Positions 21,383-31,149 of a DNA stretch of 64,000 bases are shown piece by piece; within the stretch, counting starts at the first letter, position 1, and each line of letters opens with the position of its first letter. The notes under the pieces were generated by a model, which did no database searches, had not been told where the DNA came from, and saw only the letters and a program-made list of their open reading frames with translations. A program made the translations under genes and the position numbers. Origin of the DNA: an uncultured Prochlorococcus sp. (GTDB taxonomy: Bacteria; Cyanobacteriota; Cyanobacteriia; PCC-6307; Cyanobiaceae); the NCBI GenBank assembly GCA_902634795.1, contig CACPLK010000001.1:28058-92057 (forward strand), in the 5' to 3' direction.

Positions 21383-21901
21383 ATGTCCTTGAGTCGATCA
21401 CTCGATCTTCCTGCATTGGGACGAGTTGATACTCTCGCTCAGGAATTGGCCTTGTTGAAAAACGAGGGGAAAAGAAGTATAGCTTTTTTGGGCAGCAGGC
21501 ATGTCCCTGTAGTTTCGATCCACATAGTTGAATTAATAGCAAGGTCTTTAGCTGAGGAGGGTCATTCGATAATTACTTCAGGTTCTCAAGGAGTAAATGC
21601 TGCAGTGATTAGAGCGGTTTTAGATATCAACCCCGCTCTTTTAACTGTTTTGCTGCCACAGTCTCTTGATAGGCAAACTGCTGAGGTTAAGGATCTTCTT
21701 AGCAGTGTTTTACATTTAATAGAGAAAGAAGACAATAATGATTTACCTTTGCCAATGGCAAGTAGTCTTTGTAATCAAGAAATTATTAACAGATGTGATC
21801 AATTGATTTGTTTCGCATTTCATGATAGTGAAACATTGTTGAGTAGTTGCCACAGTGCTGAAGATATGGGAAAAGTTGTTAGCCTGATGTTTTTTGATTG
21901 A
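21383..21901 (+). CDS. SLOG/Smf-DprA-like Rossmann domain protein
   Basis: IAFLGSR, IITSGSQGVNAAV, CNQEII..CDQLICFAFH. Confidence 0.7.
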   Translation: MSLSRSLDLPALGRVDTLAQELALLKNEGKRSIAFLGSRHVPVVSIHIVELIARSLAEEGHSIITSGSQGVNAAVIRAVLDINPALLTVLLPQSLDRQTAEVKDLLSSVLHLIEKEDNNDLPLPMASSLCNQEIINRCDQLICFAFHDSETLLSSCHSAEDMGKVVSLMFFD

Positions 21902-22025
21902 TTTTTCATTCAAAGGTAATTAATTACTTCTAGATTTTCAGTAAACCTGTGAAATATCTAATAGGTATATTTATAAGCAATTTGGCTTTTTTTTCATAAA
22001 ATGGTGGAAACAAAGAAAAATTTTT

Positions 22026-22523
22026 ATGCCCTCTTCTTATTCTTTTGACGTGGTTTCAGAATTTGATCAGCAGGAATTAGTCAATGCTATTGATCAATTG
22101 AGGAGAGAAGTGGATCAAAGGTATGATCTAAAAGACTCAAAGACGAAAATAGATATTAATGAAGATCAACTCTCGATTGTATCTCTAAGCGATATGACAA
22201 TCGAATCTGTAAAAGATATTTTATTACAGAAAGCTACTAAAAGAAATTTATCATTAAAGATATTTGATTTTCAAAAGATTGAAAATGTAGGAGGAAATAT
22301 GGTAATGCAAATTGTTAAATTAAGGAAAGGTTTATCTCAAGAAATTTCAAAAAAATTAAGTAAGTTGGTTAGAGATAATATGAAGAAAGTAACGGTATCA
22401 ATACAAGGAGATAGTTTGAGGGTTACAGGAAAAAATAAAGATGATTTGCAATCTGTAATTAACTTAATTAAGAAGCAAGAAGAAGATTTGGAGGTAGCTC
22501 TACAATTTCAAAACTATAGATAG
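22026..22523 (+). CDS. yajQ: YajQ family nucleotide-binding protein
   Basis: SFDVVSE, NAIDQ, RYDLK, IQGD.LRVTGK.KDDLQ, LQF.NYR. Confidence 0.92.
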   Translation: MPSSYSFDVVSEFDQQELVNAIDQLRREVDQRYDLKDSKTKIDINEDQLSIVSLSDMTIESVKDILLQKATKRNLSLKIFDFQKIENVGGNMVMQIVKLRKGLSQEISKKLSKLVRDNMKKVTVSIQGDSLRVTGKNKDDLQSVINLIKKQEEDLEVALQFQNYR

Positions 22524-22563
22524 TTAATACGATCAAAAACTTTAGTCATTAAGAAAATTTATT

Positions 22564-22758
22564 ATGGATCCATTAATAAAAAAACTTTCTAATAAAGCAA
22601 TTGACTTATCTGGAAAGTCAAAAAATGATTTAGAAAGAACATGTTGGATGATTGTTCATGAGTATAAGCATGGTTCTATGCCAACGGAATATGATATTAG
22701 AGAGATTGATGAAGAATTATATTTGGAGGTTTTAAGAATTGCTAAAGAGATAATTTAG
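22564..22758 (+). CDS. Small hypothetical protein
   Basis: 64-aa ORF co-oriented with neighbours; ERTCWMIVHE...PTEYDIREIDE looks protein-like. Confidence 0.65.
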   Translation: MDPLIKKLSNKAIDLSGKSKNDLERTCWMIVHEYKHGSMPTEYDIREIDEELYLEVLRIAKEII

Positions 22759-22898
22759 GATGATAAGAAAGATACTTTAAATTAATCAAAAAAATCTCAT
22801 TTTAATCAATTTTAAATATAAGGTAATTATTTTTTCTATCTAACAATTTTCGCAATATTCTCTAAACCAACATAAAATCTTTATAGATAACTTTTTTT

Positions 22899-23702
22899 AT
22901 GACAACGCCATTTCGTAATGTGACTCCGAATGGACCAGGTGGCACAACAACACTTTTACTCGTTCTTTCCTTTACTGGTTTTTTGCTTCTTACTCAATCA
23001 TTCTTTGTTGTTCCTGCTGGTCAAGTTTCAGTTGTGACAACATTAGGAAAAGTAAGTGGTAGACCACGTAGTCCTGGCTTGAACTTTAAAGTCCCTTTTG
23101 TTCAGAATACTTACCCTTTTAATGTTCAGACTCAAGTCAGACCAGAGAAGTTTGATTCATTGACAAAAGATCTGCAAGTTATTTCTGCAACTGCAACTGT
23201 TAAATATGCTCTAAAACCCAACGAGGCAGGAAGAGTCTTTAAAACTATCTCTTACAACGACAGAGAGATATATAACAGGATTATTCAGCCATCACTACTT
23301 AAAGCACTTAAATCAGTATTTTCAAAGTATGAGTTGGTTACTATAGCTAGCTCATGGAGTGATATTTCTGAGTTGGTTGAGCAAACAGTAGCTGATGAAC
23401 TTAATAAGTTTGATTATGTTGATGTTCAAGCTCTTGACTTAACAGGTTTGACAATTGCAGATGAATACCGAGCTGCAATTGAACAAAAACAGATTGCTGA
23501 GCAGCAATTATTAAGAGCTCAAACTGAAGTTAAAATTGCAGAGCAGGAAGCTTTGAGATATGACACATTGAATAAAAGCCTTGATGATCAAGTCCTTTTC
23601 AAATTATTTTTAGATAAATGGAATGGCGAAACACAAGTAGTTCCTGCTTTACCTGGTTCTAAGTCTGGAAATGTTCCAGTAATTGTGGGAGGAAGAAATT
23701 AA
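22899..23702 (+). CDS. SPFH/Band 7 (prohibitin-like) protein
   Basis: N-terminal TM, PGLNFKVPF, TKDLQ, AIEQKQIAEQ coiled-coil, KWNG. Confidence 0.9.
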   Translation: MTTPFRNVTPNGPGGTTTLLLVLSFTGFLLLTQSFFVVPAGQVSVVTTLGKVSGRPRSPGLNFKVPFVQNTYPFNVQTQVRPEKFDSLTKDLQVISATATVKYALKPNEAGRVFKTISYNDREIYNRIIQPSLLKALKSVFSKYELVTIASSWSDISELVEQTVADELNKFDYVDVQALDLTGLTIADEYRAAIEQKQIAEQQLLRAQTEVKIAEQEALRYDTLNKSLDDQVLFKLFLDKWNGETQVVPALPGSKSGNVPVIVGGRN

Positions 23703-23723
23703 TTAGAATTAAAAACTTTAAAT

Positions 23724-23771
23724 AAAAAATTAATCCAATTGAATTTATTAAATTCGATTGGATTAGTTTTT
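23724..23771. terminator. Likely bidirectional intrinsic terminator between convergent SPFH gene and hemL
   Basis: TAATCCAATTGAATTT (23731-46) / AAATTCGATTGGATTA (23750-65), 16-bp stem with one wobble, flanked by A-run and T-run. Confidence 0.65.
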
Positions 23772-25068
23772 ATGAAATTTCAGAGAAGCTTTCTTGAAAA
23801 GCTTTAATTGTAGAAGTTATGTCATCTTCTGAATGAGCAAGTGATGTAAAACCAGCTTCAAATGCACTGGGAGCTAAATAAACACCTTTTTGAAGCATCA
23901 ATCTATGCAATTTGCTGAAAAGTACAGTGTCAGCAGATTTGGCTTCCTCAAAATTTCTAACAGGTCCTTCACATAGATAAAAACCGAACATTGCGCTGAT
24001 GCTCTGACCATGAATGGCAATATTTGATTCTTTAGCAGCTGCAATGACTCCATCGACAAGCTTTTTAGTAAGAGATTCTAATTTTTCGTAAGTACCTTCT
24101 TGCTTAAGAAGCTCAAGAGTTTTAATGCCTGCTGTCATGGCAAGAGGATTGCCGCTCAATGTACCTGCTTGATACATAGGACCAGCTGGAGAAACCATTG
24201 ACATGATTTCTTTGCGACCGCCATATGCCCCTACTGGAAGCCCTCCTCCAATTACCTTTCCCATAGTGGTTAAATCAGGAGTTACTCCGAAACGCTCTTG
24301 GGCACCTCCATAGCTGATTCGAAAACCAGTCATTACTTCATCAAAAACTAAAAGAGCTCCGTTCTCCTTTGTTACCTCTCTTAAGCCCTCTAGAAATCCT
24401 GGTTCAGGTGTGATGAAGCCTGCATTTCCAACAACTGGCTCAAGGATGACTCCAGAGATAGCATCTGGATTTTCAGCAAATAGCTCTTTAACTGCTTCAA
24501 GATCGTTATAGGGAGCAGTAAGAGTATTTGCGGTTGTACTTCTTGGAACACCTGGTGAGTCTGGTAGACCAAGTGTTGCGACTCCTGAGCCTGCTTTCAC
24601 TAAAAACATATCTGCATGCCCGTGATAGCAACCCTCGAACTTAATAACTTTATCCCTGCCAGTAAAGGCTCTCATTAAACGAAGAACCGCCATACAAGCT
24701 TCGGTACCACTATTAACAAAGCGGACCATCTCAACGCTTGGGACAGCATCGATAACCATCTCAGCAAGCTTGTTCTCGAGAACACAAGGTGCTCCGAAGC
24801 TTGTACCTTTTTCAAGTGTTTCTTGAAGGGCTGAAATTACCTCAGGATGGGCATGGCCACAAATGGCTGGCCCCCAGCTGCCTACATAGTCGATGTATCT
24901 GTTTCCATCAACATCCCAAGCATAAGGACCTTTAACTCGGTCAAAAACTATTGGATCCCCTTCAACAGATTTGAAAGCTCTTACAGGTGAACTGACTCCA
25001 CCAGGCATTAAATTTTTGGCAGCGCCAAAAATTTCTTCAGATCTTTTTGTGTTCCACGCGTCTGTCAC
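23770..25068 (-). CDS. hemL: Glutamate-1-semialdehyde 2,1-aminomutase
   Basis: [37 protein letters not shown]. Confidence 0.97.
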   Translation of the reverse strand: MTDAWNTKRSEEIFGAAKNLMPGGVSSPVRAFKSVEGDPIVFDRVKGPYAWDVDGNRYIDYVGSWGPAICGHAHPEVISALQETLEKGTSFGAPCVLENKLAEMVIDAVPSVEMVRFVNSGTEACMAVLRLMRAFTGRDKVIKFEGCYHGHADMFLVKAGSGVATLGLPDSPGVPRSTTANTLTAPYNDLEAVKELFAENPDAISGVILEPVVGNAGFITPEPGFLEGLREVTKENGALLVFDEVMTGFRISYGGAQERFGVTPDLTTMGKVIGGGLPVGAYGGRKEIMSMVSPAGPMYQAGTLSGNPLAMTAGIKTLELLKQEGTYEKLESLTKKLVDGVIAAAKESNIAIHGQSISAMFGFYLCEGPVRNFEEAKSADTVLFSKLHRLMLQKGVYLAPSAFEAGFTSLAHSEDDITSTIKAFQESFSEIS

Positions 25069-25337
25069 GGCACCTCAGCGAATGAGCTCATAAACACAGT
25101 CAGCCATAATGGCCTAAAAGTGACTGATTCGTCTAAATTTTTGAATCTGTTCAGCATCTGGTTATTTTTTTTAATCTTTAAAACTCATAACGTTTGAATT
25201 GGCTTCAAGCTTAAAAACAAGTGATAGAAAGACTTTTTTTGAGATCTTACCTGTTTAATTCAATGTTTTTTAGTTGATTGTGAATATTTGATTTGTTAAT
25301 TCTGTGATGATTTGAAAATAGAAAATGGCTTGGTTCT

Positions 25338-26165
25338 TTAAAAGAAAAATTCATTTTCATCTTCAGATGGAGGCCAGCTAATGTCGACAACTACAGGTGC
25401 GTGGTCACTCGGTTTCTCTCTAGATCTTGGTTCTTTGTCAATCCAACAACTATTGGCACAAGAAAGAATATCTTCTGTAGTGTAAATATGATCGATCCGC
25501 CAACCCTTGTCTCTTTCCCAGGCTGAATGGCGATAATCCCACCAAGACCAATGTTTCTCTCCAGGCTCAAAGATTCTAAAAACATCTTCTAATTCCCCTC
25601 CTAAAGCATCTTTAAGTAATTTTCTTTCTGTAGAAGAAGCCATAATTGTTTCTACATATTTACTTGGGGTATGTATATCTCTATCTTCAGGGGCAATATT
25701 GAAGTCTCCTAATAAACATATAGGCGTATTGCTTGAATTAATTTTTCTTAGATAAGCTTGTAGGCATTTTATCCACTTCTCTTTATAAATAAACTTATCT
25801 GAATTTATAGATGATCCATTTGGAACATAAACATTTATAATTCTAATACCATTAATTTCAGCGCTTATAATTCTTTTTTGCTCACTTAATATAGATAAAT
25901 CTTTATATTCTGTGATTACTTCATCAAAACCAATCTTTATATTATTAATTGGGAATCGACTTATTATTGCTACTCCATTGTAAGATTTTTGCCCAGAGAT
26001 TAAAACCTCGTACCCAAGGTTTGAGAAAATTTCAATTGGAAAGAATTTATCTTCGGTTTTTGTCTCTTGTAAGCAAAGAATGTCAACCTTGTTAGTGACG
26101 ATCCATTCTTTGACATGATCTATTCTTGAACGAATAGAATTAACATTCCAGGTTGCAACAAGCAA
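25338..26165 (-). CDS. xthA: Exodeoxyribonuclease III / AP endonuclease
   Basis: TWNVNS, LQETK, YVPNG, GDFN, WRIDH, SDHAP. Confidence 0.95.
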   Translation of the reverse strand: MLVATWNVNSIRSRIDHVKEWIVTNKVDILCLQETKTEDKFFPIEIFSNLGYEVLISGQKSYNGVAIISRFPINNIKIGFDEVITEYKDLSILSEQKRIISAEINGIRIINVYVPNGSSINSDKFIYKEKWIKCLQAYLRKINSSNTPICLLGDFNIAPEDRDIHTPSKYVETIMASSTERKLLKDALGGELEDVFRIFEPGEKHWSWWDYRHSAWERDKGWRIDHIYTTEDILSCANSCWIDKEPRSREKPSDHAPVVVDISWPPSEDENEFFF

Positions 26166-26222
26166 GACTTAAAATTTTATTTCTTAAGTTATTATCATGG
26201 AAATTCAGGCGAAAGTTTAGTT

Positions 26223-26558
26223 TTGAACCAAACTGCACGTTTTATTAATAGCCAATTATTGTTCGCTTTGATTTGCTTATCACCAATTTTGATTGCGGCT
26301 GGGCAAGTTTTTTCTTCTTCAAGAACAATAAGAATTTCGGAAGTAAAAAATTATTCAACTGATGAGACAAGGGATATATACAGCACTTTTGATTCAGAAG
26401 ATCAAATTGATCAAGGGTTACCATTAGATCCATTTGATTTGATGAACCGTCTTAAACAAGCAGGAGCGATGAATAATGCTACAACTCCATCAGATGCACT
26501 CGATGAAGCTCTCAATGCATTTGATCAGTCAGACTATGAAAATGTCCCAAATGAATAA
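26223..26558 (+). CDS. Hypothetical protein with signal-peptide-like N-terminus
   Basis: Hydrophobic N-terminus; C-terminal DLMNRL...AMNNATTPSDALDEAL. Confidence 0.6.
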   Translation: MNQTARFINSQLLFALICLSPILIAAGQVFSSSRTIRISEVKNYSTDETRDIYSTFDSEDQIDQGLPLDPFDLMNRLKQAGAMNNATTPSDALDEALNAFDQSDYENVPNE

Positions 26559-26627
26559 AATCACAATAGTATTTGTAGGATTTTGGTAAATTTAATATTG
26601 GTCACTAAGGGCTTGTTTTTTAAATAG

Positions 26628-27275
26628 ATGCAGAACCATCCAATCCCCTCAGTTACTGATCCATTGCAATACCGAGCAATTGGATTAGTTAGAGGTGTTT
26701 ACAATCCTCAAGATGATGACAACTTTACTCGTGGAGCTTTAATTGATTCTAAAGGTAATGAAATAGATTCAGTTCTCCTTGGCAGAGTAATTACCTTGAT
26801 TCGTAATCATGTCCCTCTAGAAAAACCTCACCTCTGGGTCGTATACCCAAGATGTAGGAATAATCAGAATCTTCATTTGCAAATCACAGGTATTTGGGAA
26901 CCAAGCACTTTAAAAAAGGATCTTTTGGAGAGAGAGGAATTGAATGAAGCTCCAACTTTCAAGGTTGATTCTGATGATTTATTGGAGGGTGATGATTATT
27001 TTTCAATAAGAGGAGAATTGATTTTTACTAAGCCAGAAGAAAAGGAGGTAGTTATAAAAATTCGTCAAAAGCCAAGAAATCAGCAAAAGAAAGCTTTACC
27101 TTTCAAAGTAAATCTTAAAGGTGAAGTTCCTATTAATTACTTAAAACATTTTATTAGCCTTGATGTTCGTCGTATTGGCTATCAACTTTTAGTTGAGGAT
27201 TTTCAAATAATAAGCCCTCTTTCTCAAAAAAAAATAAACAATAAAAGTGGAAAAATTTTAAAAAATAAAAATTAG
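26628..27275 (+). CDS. Conserved cyanobacterial hypothetical protein
   Basis: HPIP...LQYRAIGLVRG, HLWVVYPR, LHLQI.GIWEP, YFSIRGE. Confidence 0.75.
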   Translation: MQNHPIPSVTDPLQYRAIGLVRGVYNPQDDDNFTRGALIDSKGNEIDSVLLGRVITLIRNHVPLEKPHLWVVYPRCRNNQNLHLQITGIWEPSTLKKDLLEREELNEAPTFKVDSDDLLEGDDYFSIRGELIFTKPEEKEVVIKIRQKPRNQQKKALPFKVNLKGEVPINYLKHFISLDVRRIGYQLLVEDFQIISPLSQKKINNKSGKILKNKN

Positions 27276-27340
27276 TCTTATTTAAAAAAAATTATATCAA
27301 TGTATTTTATTTATAAAACTGATTATATATTTACTCATAA

Positions 27341-28564
27341 ATGAAATCTATTTTTATTGATTGTGGTCTTGGAATATCTGGAGATATGCTCGCATCAGCA
27401 TTATTAGATTTAGGTGTTCCAAAGTCTATTTTCTTGGATAACTTAGTAAGTTTAAATATAGATAGAAATTATAACTTCAAATTCAATGAGGGAGATAGTG
27501 AAGGTATAAAAGGAATTGTATTTACCAAAACCAAAATTCAATTTAAGGAATCATCTAGAAGTCTTAATGATATAAAAAACTTACTTCTTGATTCAAGCCT
27601 AAATGATTATGTGAAAAAAAAGTCTATTAGGGTTTTTGAAATTCTTGCAGAAGCAGAGGCAGTTGTTCATGGTAATGAAATCTCAGATGTACATTTTCAT
27701 GAACTAGGTGCAATGGATTCCATACTTGATGTTGTTAATGTTTGCTCCGCTATAGACTTTTTAAAGCCATACAATATTTATTTTTCGAAACCACCTTCTG
27801 GGAAAGGAATTGTATCCACTTCACATGGACTTCTGCCTGTCCCGGTACCTACAGTTCTAGAGATAGCGAGGCAAAAAAAAATCTCATTAACGGTTCTGGA
27901 TGATAAATATTTTGGTGAAATAACAACTCCTACTGGTATCGCATTGATAGCAACTTTTATAGATAAGCTTGGTCAACCAGATCAAATAAATATTAAAAAG
28001 ATTGGTATAGGCTTAGGATGTAAAAATATTTCTCGACCTAATTTTTTAAGAGTTCTTCTAATTGATGAAAATGATGATTTTATAGATAATAATAAGCCTT
28101 CTTATGAAACCATAATTTCTCAGGAGGCTTGGATTGATGATTCCACACCTGAAGATGTAGCGGTTTTAATCGAAAGATTAAGATCTGCAGGTGCTATAGA
28201 TGTTATTTGTTATTCGGTCGATATGAAAAAAAATAGAAAAGGTATATGTATACAAGCCATTGTCTACCCTAAGCATAAAAATTTAGTGAGGGAAATTTGG
28301 TTTAACTACAGTACAACAATTGGAATAAGAGAAAATAAGATTAGCCGCTGGATACTTCCAAGAAGGACAGTTAATCATATAACTAAATTTGGGACAGTCA
28401 ATGTTAAACAAGTAATGAGACCAAATGGTCAGACTTCGATAAAAATAGAGCATAAAGACTTGGCTCAAATATCTTTAAATACAGGAATTCCAATAGAAGA
28501 GATACGTCAGAAATTAATCATAGAATTATCACAATTTTATGAATTAGATGATTTGTCTTTTTGA
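27341..28564 (+). CDS. larC: LarC family (nickel insertase-like, DUF111) protein
   Basis: GISGDM, AEA.VHG, VHFHE.GA.DSI, HG.LPVP.P, GE.TPTG, MKK.R.G, TT.G.R. Confidence 0.85.
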   Translation: MKSIFIDCGLGISGDMLASALLDLGVPKSIFLDNLVSLNIDRNYNFKFNEGDSEGIKGIVFTKTKIQFKESSRSLNDIKNLLLDSSLNDYVKKKSIRVFEILAEAEAVVHGNEISDVHFHELGAMDSILDVVNVCSAIDFLKPYNIYFSKPPSGKGIVSTSHGLLPVPVPTVLEIARQKKISLTVLDDKYFGEITTPTGIALIATFIDKLGQPDQINIKKIGIGLGCKNISRPNFLRVLLIDENDDFIDNNKPSYETIISQEAWIDDSTPEDVAVLIERLRSAGAIDVICYSVDMKKNRKGICIQAIVYPKHKNLVREIWFNYSTTIGIRENKISRWILPRRTVNHITKFGTVNVKQVMRPNGQTSIKIEHKDLAQISLNTGIPIEEIRQKLIIELSQFYELDDLSF

Positions 28565-29529
28565 TACTAGATTTAAATATGATTCAAATTATAAGAAATA
28601 ATTTTGTTTTTGGAATGATCTCTAAAATCAATATTAAAATTTTGATTACAATAATTTGTTTTTCATTTCTTGGAACTTCAATATATGGAAATTTTGAGTC
28701 TTTATCTAATCAGACATTTGCTAGGAAAGAGATCTTTTGGCTATTATATGGGATTATATTTAGCTTTTTAAGTATTATAATTAATGCTTATGCATGGAAG
28801 CTCTTAATTAATAAAATTGTTTGTAATATTAATAATTTGAATATAGTAAAAATATTTTTAGCTACAAATATATATAAATATTTGCCAGGAGGAATATGGC
28901 ATTTTGTATCTAGATATAATTCCTTGCGGTTAGAACTTTCAAATGAAAAATCAATTGAATGTATTTTATTAGAGCCAATTTTGATGCTAGTTGCAGGCTT
29001 TATCTTTATCCCTTTTAGAGGTTTTAATATATCTATTTATATACTTTGCTGGTCATCTACTTTGATCTTTTTACCAGTATTTAGACAATTTCTAATCAAA
29101 AAATTGACGGCAATGAAGGCAAAAGTTTTTACTAATAATGATTATATTAAAAACAGAAATTTTGCAAAAAATAGCAAAAATATTTCAATAAAGATGTTTT
29201 ATCCATATAAGCCACTATTTGTAGAGATTATCTTTGTTTTGTTCAGATTCCTGGGATTTTTATGTTGTATAAAAGCATTTTCTACTGGGACATTAATTTC
29301 TCAAGGTGAATTAATATCTTCCTTTTCCTTGGCATGGGTGATTGGTCTTATTGTCCCTGCAGCGCCGGGAGGATTAGGTGTGTTTGAATCTGTGATTCTA
29401 TTTAGTCTTGGCTCACATATGCCAGAAGCACCTCTATTGGCCTCATTGCTTTGCTATCGGCTCGTTTCAACTGTTTCTGATATTTTGGCAGCATTGATTT
29501 ATCCAGTTAAGAAATTATTTAAAGTTTAA
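28561..29529 (+). CDS. UPF0104 / lysylphosphatidylglycerol synthase TM-domain membrane protein
   Basis: KYLPGGIW, PAAPGGLGVFE, YRL; multi-TM; start uncertain. Confidence 0.75.
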   Translation: MILDLNMIQIIRNNFVFGMISKINIKILITIICFSFLGTSIYGNFESLSNQTFARKEIFWLLYGIIFSFLSIIINAYAWKLLINKIVCNINNLNIVKIFLATNIYKYLPGGIWHFVSRYNSLRLELSNEKSIECILLEPILMLVAGFIFIPFRGFNISIYILCWSSTLIFLPVFRQFLIKKLTAMKAKVFTNNDYIKNRNFAKNSKNISIKMFYPYKPLFVEIIFVLFRFLGFLCCIKAFSTGTLISQGELISSFSLAWVIGLIVPAAPGGLGVFESVILFSLGSHMPEAPLLASLLCYRLVSTVSDILAALIYPVKKLFKV

Positions 29530-29537
29530 AAATATAT

Positions 29538-31055
29538 TTAGTTATTTTTGTTATTTAAGCTAGGTATTAGGGCTAAAGAGGCTATTAGTCCCAAACAAAT
29601 TATTATCATTGAAGGTAAAATAGATTCTGCTACTCTTTCATCTCCTGCATATTGGAATATTCGTACTGAAAGCGTATCAAAATCAAATGGTCTCAATATA
29701 AAAGTTAGTGGTAATTCTTTTATTGTGTCAACAAAAACAAGAAGTATACCTACCAACATAGGTCCTTTGAGAAGTGGTAGATGTATTTTTAAAAGGACTT
29801 CTGACCAGTTCTTCCCAAGATTTATCGCTGCATTATCTATATTTGGTGAAATCCTCTCAAAGCTAGCATCAAGACAACCTTTAGAAACAGCTAAGAATCG
29901 AATGCTATAGCCCCAGATTAGTAAGCTTAATATGTTTATTTGCCAGATACTTCCTTTAAAGGAAAGAAGAGCAAGGGCTAAAACAGATCCGGGAATTGCA
30001 TAGCCACTACTGGATAAGAAAGTCAATATATTGAGCCATTGATGATTATGCCATCTCTTGGAAATTGATAAAATTAAGGATATAAATATCGTTATTAATG
30101 AAACAACTAAGGCTAAACTAAAACTTCTAATAGTTAATCCAATTAAATCTGTATTGAAACCTTGATTCATCTGATCAATATTTATTATTGCCCATGTAAT
30201 TGGAATGCCCAATGTAAACATTGGAGGAGTAAGGGTTATAACTTGAGCAAGGAATAGATTTATACCTTTTAATTCCCATTTTGGTGAATCTCCACTACTT
30301 ATTCCGTCTGTCCATCGTTTACTTCTTTCTCTTGATTTGCGTTCAATTGCAACTAATAGAAAAACTAAAATCAGAGCAAATAAGGCAAGAGCAATGGCAC
30401 CCGAGGGCTCATCTTGCTCTATCCAACTCTCAAGTATTCCCGCTGAAATACTTGGAATATTTAAAAGTTGAACGGCACCTAACTCATTGATGATTTCCAT
30501 TGCCATTAAAGCTAACCCAGCAGTAATTGAGGGGATTGCTATTGGCAGAGAAATCCTAAAAAAACTTTTCCAAGGACCTATTCCAAGAGTTCTGCATGCT
30601 TCAATTTGTTTTCTACCGCCTTTCGCAAAACTTTCTGAACTTAGTAGAAATACATATGGGTAGGTTGTGAATGCCATTATTACTACACCCCACAACATAC
30701 CGGCAATTCTTATGGAATTTATGCTGCCAAGGTCAATGAATGTAGCGGCCAAAAGATAAGCTGGAGTTGCGAAAGGAATTAGTTGGCAAATTCTAAGTAT
30801 TTTTCTACCTTTGAAATGGCAATTGGCTAAAATCCAACCATTTGCTATGCCTAAAAACCCTCCTAGAGTTAGAGAAAAAATCAATAGTAAAATAGTTCCT
30901 TTTATTTCATTAAGATTGGCTATTGTTAAATAAATAGAACCTTTTTGAATACCGTATAAACCCTCTCTTATAAGAGTAAATAATGGCCATAAAATAAAAA
31001 ATGTTAATAGGAATACTAAGTACTTTAATATGTATCGACTATTATTTAATCCCAT
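29538..31055 (-). CDS. futB: Fe3+ ABC transporter permease (FutB/FbpB type)
   Basis: Two permease repeats with EA.R.LG and AA..LG loops, YPYV, KELP.T..LRPF.FDTL; start taken as ATG 31055 (track 31169 overlaps upstream gene). Confidence 0.8.
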   Translation of the reverse strand: MGLNNSRYILKYLVFLLTFFILWPLFTLIREGLYGIQKGSIYLTIANLNEIKGTILLLIFSLTLGGFLGIANGWILANCHFKGRKILRICQLIPFATPAYLLAATFIDLGSINSIRIAGMLWGVVIMAFTTYPYVFLLSSESFAKGGRKQIEACRTLGIGPWKSFFRISLPIAIPSITAGLALMAMEIINELGAVQLLNIPSISAGILESWIEQDEPSGAIALALFALILVFLLVAIERKSRERSKRWTDGISSGDSPKWELKGINLFLAQVITLTPPMFTLGIPITWAIINIDQMNQGFNTDLIGLTIRSFSLALVVSLITIFISLILSISKRWHNHQWLNILTFLSSSGYAIPGSVLALALLSFKGSIWQINILSLLIWGYSIRFLAVSKGCLDASFERISPNIDNAAINLGKNWSEVLLKIHLPLLKGPMLVGILLVFVDTIKELPLTFILRPFDFDTLSVRIFQYAGDERVAESILPSMIIICLGLIASLALIPSLNNKNN

Positions 31056-31149
31056 TAGATTATAGTCGAATTTAATATTTTTTTCTTTTTTGTAGGACCT
31101 TGATGTGGTTTTGATGTTGTTCAATTTATTCTTATATTTGTATTTTTTA

